Shown in pieces: positions 1 through 10,007 of a DNA stretch of 64,000 nt. The stretch lies in assembly GCA_040219255.1 (NCBI GenBank), contig JAVJSW010000042.1:1-64000 (forward strand). Direction: 5' to 3'. Source of the DNA: Sumerlaeia bacterium. GTDB lineage: Bacteria; Sumerlaeota; Sumerlaeia; SLMS01; JAHLLQ01. Position 1 is the stretch's first letter, and each line of letters starts with the position of its first letter. Both the position numbers and the translations under genes were made by a program. The notes beneath the pieces were generated by a model. It saw only the letters and a list, made by a program, of their open reading frames with translations. It did no database searches and was not told the origin of the DNA.

Positions 1-56
1 GCCTGCCAGTGCGTTCGCTTCGCGCCGGTTGTGAAGCCGGGGGTCTTGTGTTCCAT
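1..56 (-). CDS. 5' end of a gene running off the window (MEHKTPGFTTGAKRTHWQ...); product uncertain, KRTH recalls AspRS N-termini
   Basis: ATG at 56 preceded on the minus strand by a GGAGAG RBS and a TTGACC...GATTCT promoter-like element (about 117-88); only 18 codons visible. Confidence 0.4.
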   Translation of the reverse strand, partial: MEHKTPGFTTGAKRTHWQ

Positions 57-132
57 GACCTGCTCTCCGTGTATAAAATGAGGAGGCAGAATCGCACAGG
101 GCCCCGGCGATGGTCAAGATGGGGCTCGTAGG

Positions 133-756
133 ACGTTTACGTGCCTCGCCCTGCTTCCCGACTTGGAGTTTGCGTCGCCTGAGCCCCAGCACGAGCGCAT
201 TATCCTGGTCCTGTTCGGCGGGCTCCTGGCGGGGGCGTCGAAGGCGCTGGCTTTTCGCTATCGCGGTTCGACGGGCGACGAGGATATTTTGGGAGCGTAC
301 TTCGCGATGAAGTACCTCAAGCCAGTGGGCTCTATCGCTATTCTTGCGGCTGTAGTATCCACCACTTTTGGCCTGGCGCTTAGTTACATCAAGACAAACG
401 ATTTTGAGGCGGTCGTCAATACTTTGATGTACACATGCATATATATTTTCGCATCGGCGGAGACACTAAACAATCTCTATAGAAAATTTCAAATTACGAT
501 GGTTTCTGTGATTTCAAAGGATTACAAAGTCATTGGTCAGGCGATCGTGGGGGCGCTGAGCCATCGGACCTACACTGTTCAGGAAGGACTGGGCGGGCGC
601 AGCGGCGATTCGTTCTGGCTGGTGCGAACGATTATCACCCACGAAGAACTGCCGCAACTGCTGGACGCCCTGGAGGACGCGGACCCCCACTGTTTCTTCT
701 ACCATCACGATGTCGAGGGCGTTTCGAGCCGGTATTACATCAAGCCAATCGGTTAG
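133..756 (+). pseudogene. 5'-truncated YitT family (DUF2179-type) membrane protein
   Basis: LFGGLLAG...GSTGDEDILG and C-terminal G.G..SG....LVRTIIT..ELPQL...EDADP.CF motifs; in-frame stop at 79-81 and no ATG start, so the N-terminal TM helices are missing. Confidence 0.6.
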
Positions 757-900
757 GGCTTTCCGAGCCAACGCGGCCCCAATTCGAGAGGCCGCCGCTC
801 CGGCAATCGCCTTGACCACCGCAGGCAACCACCAGACCATTGTTTCAGGTCAAGTTGTCTCCGCAATTTACCCTTACCCAACGATACCCGCCCTCGCCCT

Positions 901-2574
901 ATGCGCTGTCCAAACTGCCAAACCGAAAATCGCGACGATCAGGCGCTTTGTTATCACTGCGGTCAGGACTTGGCCCTGCAGCGCGTGATCGTGAATCAGG
1001 CTAAGGCGCATTACAACAAGGCGCTGGAGCTGGCTGAGCGCGGCCGTTCGGAGGACGCGGCGGCGGAGCTGTACCGGGCGCTGGAGCTGCAATCGGCTTT
1101 TCCCGAGGTTTACCTGCTCCTGGGCACGCTGGCGGCGCGCGATGGGCAGACGGAGGAGGCTCGGCGAGCCTGGCGCAAGGCGATGGAGTACGATTCGACG
1201 TCGAAACGGGCACACGCTTACCTGGAGGATCTGGGGCCGAAGACGCCGTTCGAAGCGGATCGCGCGCGGTTGCACCTGATTGTGACTGGCGGGGTGGTAC
1301 TGGCGCTGATTTTCCTGGTGCTGGCCATCGTTTTTGGCGGCCCCACGCGCCAGGACGTCATGTTGCGCGACGCGTATCGCGAGTACGCGCGGGGCAATCT
1401 GGCCGAGAGCCTATCGGTCTTGGATGAGCTGCCGCGGCGCGAGGCGCCGGAGGCGGAATCGCTGGCGGTGACGGTGCGGGCGACGTTGCGCGGTCGCCTG
1501 ACCGCGATCCGCGAGGCCCTGGCCGCCGGCGAGACGGCCCGTGCGGTGGAGCTGGGGCGCAGCCTGGCCGCGATGAATCCGCCAGAGGACGCGGCGCTTG
1601 AGCTGGCGGCGATGCTGGCTCTGGCCCGCGACCGGGAATTGCGCGAGCTGAGAAGCATCGTCGGCGGCCCGCTGGACGCCGGGACGGCGGGGCGCTTCGC
1701 TGTTCAGAAGGACGTCGTTCTCGATCATTTTCCCGGCGAACTGGCGGCGGTACGGGTCGCGGAAGAAGAACTCGCCGCCCGCGCCGCCGAGGCTCAGCAG
1801 GCGGCCCTTGCGGAGGCTCGCGTTGCCCTCGATTCCGCCCGTCCTGCCTTTGAAGTTCGGGACGCGCTGGATCGCGCAGGCGCTTTGGTGGAGGTTTCGG
1901 GCGTCACCCCTTCGGGCCTGGGGGCGCTGCAGCGTCTTTTGGCGGCCCGCGAAGCACGCAGCCAATTGGATCAAGCTCGAGAGGCCCGCGCCCGGGGCGA
2001 TTCGCTCCGCGCCGCCCGGCTTCTTTCGGCTGTGGAAACCCGACTTCTCGAACCGGAAACCGCTGCGGAAGTCCGCGCCCTCTCCGCCGAGTTGAAGAAC
2101 GAACAACTCGCCGCCACCCTCGACGCCGCCGAGGCCGCCATGGCCGAGGAGCGCTTCGAGGAGGCTGCCGCCGCGTTGGAGGAAGCCGCCGCGCTGGACT
2201 TCGCCGAGGAAGACGGCCGCCGGATCGAGGCCTTGCGCGCCGACGTCTCGCGCCGCCTTGGGCTCGCCGCGCTCTATCGCCTCCTGCGCCAGGGCGAGGC
2301 CTTCGACACCGCCACCCTGACCCGCGAGGAAGCTCGCGCCGCTCTGGCCGATGTGGAGCGCGCCCGCGGCGAACTGCCGGAAAGTCAGCTCGCTTCTTAT
2401 CGCGACGATTTGGCGTTCTTCGATGCCGTCGCCCGGTGGGTCCTCGGCGACGAGCGTGCCGCCTGGGCCCAAATCGAAGACCTGCGCGCCCAGCAGCCCA
2501 AGAGTCCGTATCTTGCAACATGGCGCATCATCACCACCCCGCGCGCCGAGACGCCGAAAGCCCCGACTCCTTGA
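901..2574 (+). CDS. zinc-ribbon + TPR-repeat membrane-anchored protein
   Basis: N-terminal CPNC...CYHC, TPR-like helices, one TM segment (LIVTGGVVLALIFLVLAIVF), long Ala-rich helical C-terminus. Confidence 0.8.
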   Translation: MRCPNCQTENRDDQALCYHCGQDLALQRVIVNQAKAHYNKALELAERGRSEDAAAELYRALELQSAFPEVYLLLGTLAARDGQTEEARRAWRKAMEYDSTSKRAHAYLEDLGPKTPFEADRARLHLIVTGGVVLALIFLVLAIVFGGPTRQDVMLRDAYREYARGNLAESLSVLDELPRREAPEAESLAVTVRATLRGRLTAIREALAAGETARAVELGRSLAAMNPPEDAALELAAMLALARDRELRELRSIVGGPLDAGTAGRFAVQKDVVLDHFPGELAAVRVAEEELAARAAEAQQAALAEARVALDSARPAFEVRDALDRAGALVEVSGVTPSGLGALQRLLAAREARSQLDQAREARARGDSLRAARLLSAVETRLLEPETAAEVRALSAELKNEQLAATLDAAEAAMAEERFEEAAAALEEAAALDFAEEDGRRIEALRADVSRRLGLAALYRLLRQGEAFDTATLTREEARAALADVERARGELPESQLASYRDDLAFFDAVARWVLGDERAAWAQIEDLRAQQPKSPYLATWRIITTPRAETPKAPTP

Positions 2575-3659
2575 CCGATCCCGCCGCCGTTCCCTCCCCC
2601 ACTCTCGATCTGGCCACGTTGCCGCATGACACAGCCCGCCGATTTGGGGCCATCGTCGCCATCGCGCGCCGTTTGCTCCTGCCCGAGGGCGCTGCCGTGC
2701 TCGATGTGGGCGGCTATCCGGGGATGCTGGGGCGGGTGCTGCGGGGGTACTTTCCCGATTGGCGCGTCGCCACCGTCGACACGCATCAAGCCGAATTGCC
2801 CGACTATCACATCGGCGATGGATCGGCGTTGCCGTTCGACAATGCCTCCTTCGATTTCGTCGTCACCAGCGATACGCTCGAACACATTCCTCCGGGCAAA
2901 CGTCCCGCCTTTATCAATGAACTGTGCCGCGTCGCGCGGGGGCCGGTGATGATTGGCGCTCCTTTCCACCATCCGGTTATCGAGCGCATCGAGGAAACGC
3001 TGGATGAAACGCACCGGCGCCTCACCGGCAAACCCCACCCGTGGCTGTGGGAGCACCGCGAGAACGGTCTACCAAAGCTTGAAACCGTGGTCGGGCTGTT
3101 CCCCACCGATCGGTCCCAGGCCGTCTTCCGCAACGCGCCGATTTTCGATTGGACCGCCTGGCAGTGGGCCCAACTGGCCCGCGAAACCACCGATCTGTTG
3201 GAGGACGGCTGGCTCGCCTTCGATCGTGCTCTGGCGGAAATGGACGCCCGCATGTGCGCCGCCGACAAAGGCGTCGCCACCTCGGCCGATCTCGAACGCG
3301 TCGGCGGCCACGGGGACGCCCAGGGCGAACGCGGCTTTTTCCCCTATCGCCACATCATCGTCAGCCAGCCCGAATCCAGCAACGCCCCCCTGGCACCCCA
3401 ACCCGGCGGCGATTTCTGGCACCCACGGGGGCTCGACGAAGGTTATCAGTGCCTCGCCTACAGCGAATTCATGGCCGAGTTGGTGGGCAATCTGGGCCGC
3501 GGCGGGGAAGACAGCCCGCTGACCGCCGCCCTGGACATGCAAGCCCGCCGCGCTCTCTCTGGCGCGGAAGGGGAAATCCGCCGCCTGAAGGGCGAACGCG
3601 CCGCTGCCCGCAGCCTCATCGGCCGCCTCTGGGACAAGATCGGAGACCGGCTGCCATGA
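2571..3659 (+). CDS. class I SAM-dependent methyltransferase-domain protein (glycan-locus type)
   Basis: VLDVGG, GDGSALPFDNASFDFV, DTLEHIP motifs; C-terminal coiled coil; TTG start overlaps the upstream stop. Confidence 0.75.
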   Translation: MTDPAAVPSPTLDLATLPHDTARRFGAIVAIARRLLLPEGAAVLDVGGYPGMLGRVLRGYFPDWRVATVDTHQAELPDYHIGDGSALPFDNASFDFVVTSDTLEHIPPGKRPAFINELCRVARGPVMIGAPFHHPVIERIEETLDETHRRLTGKPHPWLWEHRENGLPKLETVVGLFPTDRSQAVFRNAPIFDWTAWQWAQLARETTDLLEDGWLAFDRALAEMDARMCAADKGVATSADLERVGGHGDAQGERGFFPYRHIIVSQPESSNAPLAPQPGGDFWHPRGLDEGYQCLAYSEFMAELVGNLGRGGEDSPLTAALDMQARRALSGAEGEIRRLKGERAAARSLIGRLWDKIGDRLP

Positions 3660-4120
3660 GCGGCGCCCACTCCTCCCCCGCCGCCGGGCTCGGCCGCTTC
3701 GACTGCGCCGTCGTATGCGGCCGCAACGACCACCCCCACTTCGTTGAGGGCTGGCACGACCGCGAGCGCGACGGCCGCTGTGGAGTCAGCTATCGCGCCG
3801 CCAACGGCTCGGGCCTGCTGCGCCTGCGCCGCCAACCGGGCGCGCGCAGGCTCCACCTCCTCCTCAGCGGCCCCGCCGGCCTTACCCCGAGTCCCCTCGC
3901 CGGCCTGCTCGCCTTCCCCACCAGCCAAAGCCCCCCGCACCCTCTCAGCCTCCACCACGACCAATGGGCCCTGCGGGAAATCGCTCTGCCCGGCGATCTC
4001 GCGGGCGACACGATCGACCTGCGGCTGACGCTGGAGTCGCCCCCCTGTCCCGATGAAGTCTTGCGCAACGGCGACGGGCGGCGGCTGGGGTGGTACGTGG
4101 CGGGAGTTTGGCAGGGGTAA
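3656..4120 (+). CDS. hypothetical protein (GWH.RE beta-sandwich-like domain)
   Basis: ATGA coupling to the previous gene; C-terminal part of ORF 3149..4120. Confidence 0.6.
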   Translation: MSGAHSSPAAGLGRFDCAVVCGRNDHPHFVEGWHDRERDGRCGVSYRAANGSGLLRLRRQPGARRLHLLLSGPAGLTPSPLAGLLAFPTSQSPPHPLSLHHDQWALREIALPGDLAGDTIDLRLTLESPPCPDEVLRNGDGRRLGWYVAGVWQG

Positions 4121-4186
4121 GGGCCGGAGGAGGACGATCCGGAGACATCGGTAACACTCTCTCCGAATTTGGCGGGCCCTGACACA

Positions 4187-5443
4187 CTACTCTGTCATTC
4201 CAGCGAATTCCTCCCACATCGCGGCTTCGAGGCGTCCCAATCCGATTCGCAGTTCGTCTTCCGACACGACGAGCGGCGGGGCCACAAGCAACACCCGGCC
4301 CAGGCCCCCGAGAAGTAAACCATGGCGGCGCAGGATTTCCTGCATGCGGTGCGCGAAGGGATGGAGACCGGAGTCGGGGATGGCATTGGCCGCGATTTCC
4401 AGCCCGTAGAAGAGACCCCATCCGCGCACTTCGGCCACACGCCGGGGTCCAAGGCGCCGTGCCATTCCCTCAAGGCCTTGACGGAGGAATACGCTGCGTT
4501 CACGGGTGCGTTCCAGAAGGTCTTCGTCTTCGAGAATCCCGATAATCGCTGCCCCCACGCGGCAGCCGAGGTCGTATCCATCGAACGTCTGGCCGTGCAG
4601 GAGCGTGCGCCCGCGAAGAGCCGCCGACGTGCGGTGTCCGTGGAGGAGTGCGGCCAGGGGGACGAGCCCGGCGCTGAGTCCTTTGCCGAGCGCGATCAGA
4701 TCCGGCTCCATGCCCCACAGTGCAGCTCCGCTCCAATGCCCGCAGCGGCCGATGCCGCTGACGACTTCGTCGGCGACCAGAAGAATGCCCTCCTGTCGAC
4801 AGCGCCCGGACACCCAGGGCCAGAAACCGTCGGGAGGCACAAGGCACTGATTGCTGATGACAGGTTCGGCGATGAGGGCGGCGATCCGTGCTCCATGCTG
4901 GCGGAGCACCCGTTCGAGTTCTTCCTCATCGAAGGCTTCGATCCACAGATGGCGGTCGTCATGCCGGCCAAATGGCTCCGCCAGTTCCCGGTACCCTGTC
5001 GCCGCCAGGGCCCCCAGAGCCATGCCATGGTAGGAGCGGCGGAAACTGACGATCAGTGGCCGCGCGGTGACGAGACGGGCGATCTTAATGGCCGCCTCGA
5101 TGGCCATGGTGCCGCTGGTCATGAGTTGGACGGTCTCGACATCACAATCGGAGAAGCGCTCTCGCAGCATCTCGCAAAAGGGTTCGACCGAGGCGCTCTG
5201 GCCGAAGCGGAGGTTGAGGAAGAGGCTTTCGGCGGCAGCCTCCTGGACAGCGCGGATGGCGCGAGGATGGCGATGACCGAGGTTGGTGTTCCAGTACTGC
5301 GAACTGAAGTCGAGGTAGCGGTGGCCCTGGTTGTCGGTAAGCCAGCAGCCCTCGCCGTGGGTGAAGATGGCTGACTGATCGGCGAGTTCCCGAAAACCGG
5401 CGAGAAAAACGGGCGCGCCGGGCGCATCAGGCGATGGAAACAT
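4187..5443 (-). CDS. class III PLP-dependent aminotransferase
   Basis: G..YLDF, LGHRHP, SGTMAIEAAIK, SYHG, ADEVVSGIGRCG, PDLIALGKGL (catalytic Lys), VRGWGL. Confidence 0.92.
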   Translation of the reverse strand: MFPSPDAPGAPVFLAGFRELADQSAIFTHGEGCWLTDNQGHRYLDFSSQYWNTNLGHRHPRAIRAVQEAAAESLFLNLRFGQSASVEPFCEMLRERFSDCDVETVQLMTSGTMAIEAAIKIARLVTARPLIVSFRRSYHGMALGALAATGYRELAEPFGRHDDRHLWIEAFDEEELERVLRQHGARIAALIAEPVISNQCLVPPDGFWPWVSGRCRQEGILLVADEVVSGIGRCGHWSGAALWGMEPDLIALGKGLSAGLVPLAALLHGHRTSAALRGRTLLHGQTFDGYDLGCRVGAAIIGILEDEDLLERTRERSVFLRQGLEGMARRLGPRRVAEVRGWGLFYGLEIAANAIPDSGLHPFAHRMQEILRRHGLLLGGLGRVLLVAPPLVVSEDELRIGLGRLEAAMWEEFAGMTE

Positions 5444-6437
5444 GGGCGGCTTCCCGGGTTGGGGGGATAGGCATCGCGCTGGCGGGCAGAGCGAGGCGCC
5501 GGGAAGGCCGGGCCCCAACCCGCAACGGCCAGGTCAAAAGGTGGTAGAACGGCCAGAAGACGCGGGCCAGGGCGTGGCGGCGCCACCCGAGAGGCCGCCC
5601 ATAGGCCGCGTTGAATTCACCGCGGCCGGCGACGGCCCACCGAGCGGCCTCGCGAGCCGTCCACCGCCACCCCCGCGTTCGCAGCGCCAGGTAAGGCCGC
5701 GTCCATTCGAGATAGCGAAACACGCGATCGAAGTCATCGAAAGGCCGATGGCGGCCATGAGGGGCCATCGTGTGGATGGCATGCGTCTCCGGCAGAATCT
5801 CGCCTCGCCACCCTTCCCGGAATAGCCTCAGGCACAGGTCCACGTCCTCGATGCCGTGGCCGTAGAAGGGATCGAACCCTCCGCCGCGGAGCAGAGGCTC
5901 GCGACGCCAAAGGCTGCAGCACGACGTGACGAACTCCGGCGCTTCCCAATCGCTGCGCCAGCGCGGCAGATCGGCATGCAGCGCGCGCGTCACATAGCCT
6001 CCGAAGATGAACGGGTCGTCATGCTCACGGGTCCGCCAGATGAGCGGCCCCACGGCGAGCAACTCGCTGTTCTCTTCCAGCCGCTTGGCGAAGCTCGCCA
6101 CGGCGCCAGGCGTTTCGATCCAGGCATCGGAATCGATCAGAAGAACGTAATCGGACTGGCTCATGGACAACGCCAGATTGCGCGCCAAGCCGGGACCCGC
6201 GTTGCCGCGCAGACGCCATGCGCTCAGCGGATAGCCCTGGCCGGTTGCGCACTGGCGCACGGTCCGCTCCGCCAGCCACGACGCGGTTCCGTCCCGCGAG
6301 CCATCGTCGATCACGATCACGCGAAACGAGAACTCGGGAGGGATCACCTGGCGGTCCAGGGAATCGAGGCATCGCCCCAGTTCCTCGCGCCGGTTCCAGG
6401 TGACCACGATGGCGGTGATGCTGGCGTTTGAAATCAT
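5427..6437 (-). CDS. glycosyltransferase family 2
   Basis: IVVTWN, VIDDGSRDGT, ARNLAL, DSD (DxD), GGFDP...EDVDLCLR. Confidence 0.9.
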   Translation of the reverse strand: MISNASITAIVVTWNRREELGRCLDSLDRQVIPPEFSFRVIVIDDGSRDGTASWLAERTVRQCATGQGYPLSAWRLRGNAGPGLARNLALSMSQSDYVLLIDSDAWIETPGAVASFAKRLEENSELLAVGPLIWRTREHDDPFIFGGYVTRALHADLPRWRSDWEAPEFVTSCCSLWRREPLLRGGGFDPFYGHGIEDVDLCLRLFREGWRGEILPETHAIHTMAPHGRHRPFDDFDRVFRYLEWTRPYLALRTRGWRWTAREAARWAVAGRGEFNAAYGRPLGWRRHALARVFWPFYHLLTWPLRVGARPSRRLALPASAMPIPPTREAAHVSIA

Positions 6438-7231
6438 GAGCGTTTGCGAAGCACAAGGGCCGAAGCGATCTGGCCGGAGGGCGGTGTTCGCAGCAGTGCT
6501 GTCGCGGCGTCGAAGAGAGGAAGCCATCCGAGGATTTCCAGTTCCGGGGCTGCATCCAGAGCCCTCTCGACCCAACGGCGGGAGAGCATGCGCAGCAGGC
6601 CCCCATCCCGCAAGAGCACCGAAGCGCGCGAGGTGCTGGCGACGATCTTGTAATCGAAGCGGAGCAGGTCCCGCTCCCCCGGCCCGCACTCTGGCAGCAG
6701 CGTGAACCAGGATCGTGTCTGGATGGCGCCGCGGCGCGCGTCCCATACCGCCGCGTGAGGCACGACAGAGGCTGGGTCTTCGGCGGAAACGGCCACCAAT
6801 AGGGCGATGCCTCCCACGCGGAGTACCCGGCCCAGTCCACCGAAGAAACGCTGGGCCGCCTCCATCCGCCAGAGCAGCCCCACGGCACCCAGGGAACCGA
6901 GACAGGCCGCGAAGCGCGCATCCCCTGCCATCCTCAGATCGCCCATATCGGCCTGGAAAGCCGCGATCGCATGGGCCCGGCAGGCGCGCAGCATGGCCGG
7001 GGCGCGATCGAGAACGACCGGGCTCCAGCCGCGCTCTCGCAGCGGCCGAGCCACGCGCCCGCTGCCACCGGCCAGATCCAGCAGAAGTCCTCCCGCAACA
7101 CCGAAACGCCGCAGCAGCCCATCGTAAAAGTCGATCTCGCCCGGATAGACATCGTGGTAGGAGGCCTCGTAGAGTTCTGGCCAATCATAGGTCCGCTGAG
7201 CGACCAGACTGCCCGGAGGACGGTCCGGCAT
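6434..7231 (-). CDS. class I SAM-dependent methyltransferase
   Basis: LLDLAGGSGRVA, D..PAML, QADMGD, LRVGG; ATGA-coupled to the GT2. Confidence 0.85.
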   Translation of the reverse strand: MPDRPPGSLVAQRTYDWPELYEASYHDVYPGEIDFYDGLLRRFGVAGGLLLDLAGGSGRVARPLRERGWSPVVLDRAPAMLRACRAHAIAAFQADMGDLRMAGDARFAACLGSLGAVGLLWRMEAAQRFFGGLGRVLRVGGIALLVAVSAEDPASVVPHAAVWDARRGAIQTRSWFTLLPECGPGERDLLRFDYKIVASTSRASVLLRDGGLLRMLSRRWVERALDAAPELEILGWLPLFDAATALLRTPPSGQIASALVLRKRS

Positions 7232-7267
7232 GGGAGACGGCAGGACTTCGAAAGGGGCAATCTCTTC

Positions 7268-8125
7268 ATGGCGGCAGGCAGCGGCATCGAATTCGGAGGC
7301 GAGGACGAGACGCTGCTGCGTCATCCGCGCTATTGCGACCTGTCCTACCGCGGCATTTTGCCCGGGGAACCGGCCTTTCTGGCGGCTCTCCTGCGGGGTT
7401 ACTCGATCCGGTCCGCGCCTTGTCGCCTGCTCGAGCTGGGCGCAGGCTGGGGCCGCATCGCTGTGCCGCTGGCGGCGGAATTCGGCTTCTCCGTGACGGC
7501 CCTCGACCGCGAACCGGCCATGCTGACTTACTTGAGCGAGCGCGCCGGAAACCTGCCCCTGCGCTGCGTCCAGGCGGACATGACCCGCTTTCGTGGCGAA
7601 GACTGCGGAGGACCCTTCGATGCGGTGCTCTGCCCCCTGGGAATCGCGAACCTGATCTGGGTCGAGGACGATTTCGCCAGCATGCTCACTTCCATCCAGG
7701 CGGCACTGCGGCCCGGCGGCGTCTTTATCGCCAGCCTCAACGCGGCCCCTAGCCCCGACAGCCTCGGGCAGGCCGGAGCCACTTGGGAAACGAAGGCGGA
7801 AGGCGTCCGCACGCGAACCGAGTTCACCCTTCTCGGCAGAGGCGAATTGCGCGTCGCCTCGCACCGCGTCCTGGTCAACGACTCCTCGCCGGCGGGCGGT
7901 TCCGCCGGAATCCGGCGCGACCTGCTTTGGCGGGCGCGGGTGCGCATCGTCGGCGAGGCCTTTCTCCGCCGTATGGCCCTCCGCGTGGCGGGAATGCGGC
8001 TCATCGCCTGGCACCGTCCCTTCGATCACGAGCACGCCCTCTCCGAACCCAACGCCACAGCCGGGTTCAACTTCGCTGTCTGGAGGCACGAGCCCGCCCA
8101 GAGAGGCTCTTTGCCCGGCGCGTGA
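7268..8125 (+). CDS. class I SAM-dependent methyltransferase, paralog-like of 6434..7231
   Basis: LLELGAGWGRIA, DREPAML, QADMTRF, FDAVLC, LRPGGVF. Confidence 0.85.
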   Translation: MAAGSGIEFGGEDETLLRHPRYCDLSYRGILPGEPAFLAALLRGYSIRSAPCRLLELGAGWGRIAVPLAAEFGFSVTALDREPAMLTYLSERAGNLPLRCVQADMTRFRGEDCGGPFDAVLCPLGIANLIWVEDDFASMLTSIQAALRPGGVFIASLNAAPSPDSLGQAGATWETKAEGVRTRTEFTLLGRGELRVASHRVLVNDSSPAGGSAGIRRDLLWRARVRIVGEAFLRRMALRVAGMRLIAWHRPFDHEHALSEPNATAGFNFAVWRHEPAQRGSLPGA

Positions 8126-9138
8126 AGCGACACGAGCCGGCAAGCCGCACACGGCGAGGAGGGCGGATCGGCGGCGATTCTCCGCTCCAGTTCCCCGTCC
8201 AGTTCCGACAACTCTTCCAAAGCCGCCAGGGGCCCTCGCCACCGGAGAGTCTCCAGGATCGGCGAGTTGTAGCGGCGGCGGAAAATCGTGTTCAGGCCCT
8301 CGACGCGCGCGTTGCCAAGACGGTGACGCGAGCGCCCCTCCGCTGGAATCGTCCAGCCCGGGCCGCAGGCGTAGACTTCCCCGTCGCACCCGATCAGGGG
8401 CACATCGATCTTTCCGCAGGGCACCGCCGGGTCGACGCGGGGCAGGAGTTCCGGGTGGCGGCTCGCCCGGCCGCCATCGGTCATGGGCGTCACGACACAT
8501 CCCACGTCCAGACTCCCGCAGGCCGCCATCAACTCGGCGGGCACGGGCTGTGCCATCCCGAATTCATCGCGCTCGGCGGTGTAGCAAAGCGAAACATGTA
8601 AACCCTGGGCCCGCACCGCTGCCATGCCGCGAATCAAGGTTTCCAAATCGACAAATCGCGTGTGGGCCCGATCAGTCGAAAACATCACCGTGCCACTGCC
8701 TTCCAGAGTTTCCGCGCCTCGCGCCGCCTCCGATTCGCTGCCGGCCCAGGCCCCCGACGTCACGACCGTCGGGATCATGCCGAGGCGCCGTGTCTCGCGG
8801 ATTCCGAGCGTGAGCAGTCGCGGCTCCAGCAGAGGTTCGCCACCGAACAGACAAACCCATCGCGTCCGCCCCAATTCCGCCAGCTCCGCCAGAACTGTCT
8901 TCAGCAGTTCTTCCTCCATCTGTTCTCCCCGAGCCGGGTGGGAATTCGTGATACAATGAAAGCACGCCAGGGGGCATCGAAGTGTCAGGAAAATCTCCAC
9001 TGCCTGCCAGGGTGTCCGTTCCTCGCGGAAGTAGTTGATGCGCTGTGCCTGGCCCGGCTCGTACTGGCCGAGTAGGGCCGGATGGCTGGGGTCGTCGGCG
9101 ATGGGGCGCTCTGGCGGCTGTGGGTTCTCCGCACTCAT
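8026..9138 (-). CDS. radical SAM protein, EpeE/YydG-like with twitch-type C-terminus
   Basis: CPLACFHC, GGEP, STDRAH, C...DGEVYACG, C-terminal CAAC. Confidence 0.88.
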   Translation of the reverse strand: MSAENPQPPERPIADDPSHPALLGQYEPGQAQRINYFREERTPWQAVEIFLTLRCPLACFHCITNSHPARGEQMEEELLKTVLAELAELGRTRWVCLFGGEPLLEPRLLTLGIRETRRLGMIPTVVTSGAWAGSESEAARGAETLEGSGTVMFSTDRAHTRFVDLETLIRGMAAVRAQGLHVSLCYTAERDEFGMAQPVPAELMAACGSLDVGCVVTPMTDGGRASRHPELLPRVDPAVPCGKIDVPLIGCDGEVYACGPGWTIPAEGRSRHRLGNARVEGLNTIFRRRYNSPILETLRWRGPLAALEELSELDGELERRIAADPPSSPCAACRLVSLHAPGKEPLWAGSCLQTAKLNPAVALGSERACS

Positions 9139-10004
9139 CGGAAGGCCTCGAGATGGTCACGGAGAAACGTTTCCAGTCCCCTGGGCGGACGGCCCATCAG
9201 GCGCTGAAAATCGGGCGTGGACTCGGGCCGATTGCCTTCGCGATAGAAGGTGTAAATCTCCTCCATCGGCGCGGCGATGGAATCGGGCACACCCCATGCC
9301 AACAGCGACGCCCGCATCGCCGCGGGTGAGCGATCTTCGAGGCGCACCTCTCTCCCCAGCAGGTTTTCCAGAAGCCGGGCGACGTCGGCCATCGTCACGC
9401 AATCGTTGCTCGTGATGGCCGGACAATCGGGCAACGGAACGTCCTCGCAAAGCAGATGCGCCGCCGCCGCGGCCACGTCGCGGGCGTCGATCCAGGGCAC
9501 TCGTCCCCTGCCGAAGGGGTTCGGCAGGACGGACCGCTCGCGAACGGAGCCCGCGTCCTCCAACAAGTTCTGCATGAATGTGCCCGGCCGAAGGTGAACC
9601 ACCGGCAATCGCACCGCGTCCAGCGCCTGGTCGGCGCGGGCGTGCCAGCGCAGAACTTCCACTGGCGCCTCGGCGGCGGCCCCTTTGCCAGAGATGTTGA
9701 CAATGCGCAGAAGGCCCAAGCGGCGAGCCTCCTCTGCGAAGAGCGGCGCGTGCGCCAGCTTCGGAGGGTCGAGGGCCGACAACAGCATCGCCCGCCGCAC
9801 GCCGGCCAAGGCCCGCACCACACTCGCTCGGTCGCCCAGATCCCCGATGCAAACCTCCGCTCCGGCGCTTACGAGGGCGTGCACCTTCGACGCATCCCGA
9901 GTGAAAGCGCGCACCGATTCCCCCCGCGCCAGGAGCAGGCGGGCCACTTCGCCGCCGACGCGGCCGCTGGCCCCGATTACCAGAACGGGCTCTCGATCCA
10001 CCAT
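9135..10004 (-). CDS. NmrA-like / atypical SDR NAD(P)H-binding protein
   Basis: VLVIGASGRVG, LRPGTFMQN, IDARDVA. Confidence 0.9.
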   Translation of the reverse strand: MVDREPVLVIGASGRVGGEVARLLLARGESVRAFTRDASKVHALVSAGAEVCIGDLGDRASVVRALAGVRRAMLLSALDPPKLAHAPLFAEEARRLGLLRIVNISGKGAAAEAPVEVLRWHARADQALDAVRLPVVHLRPGTFMQNLLEDAGSVRERSVLPNPFGRGRVPWIDARDVAAAAAHLLCEDVPLPDCPAITSNDCVTMADVARLLENLLGREVRLEDRSPAAMRASLLAWGVPDSIAAPMEEIYTFYREGNRPESTPDFQRLMGRPPRGLETFLRDHLEAFR

Positions 10005-10007
10005 ACC

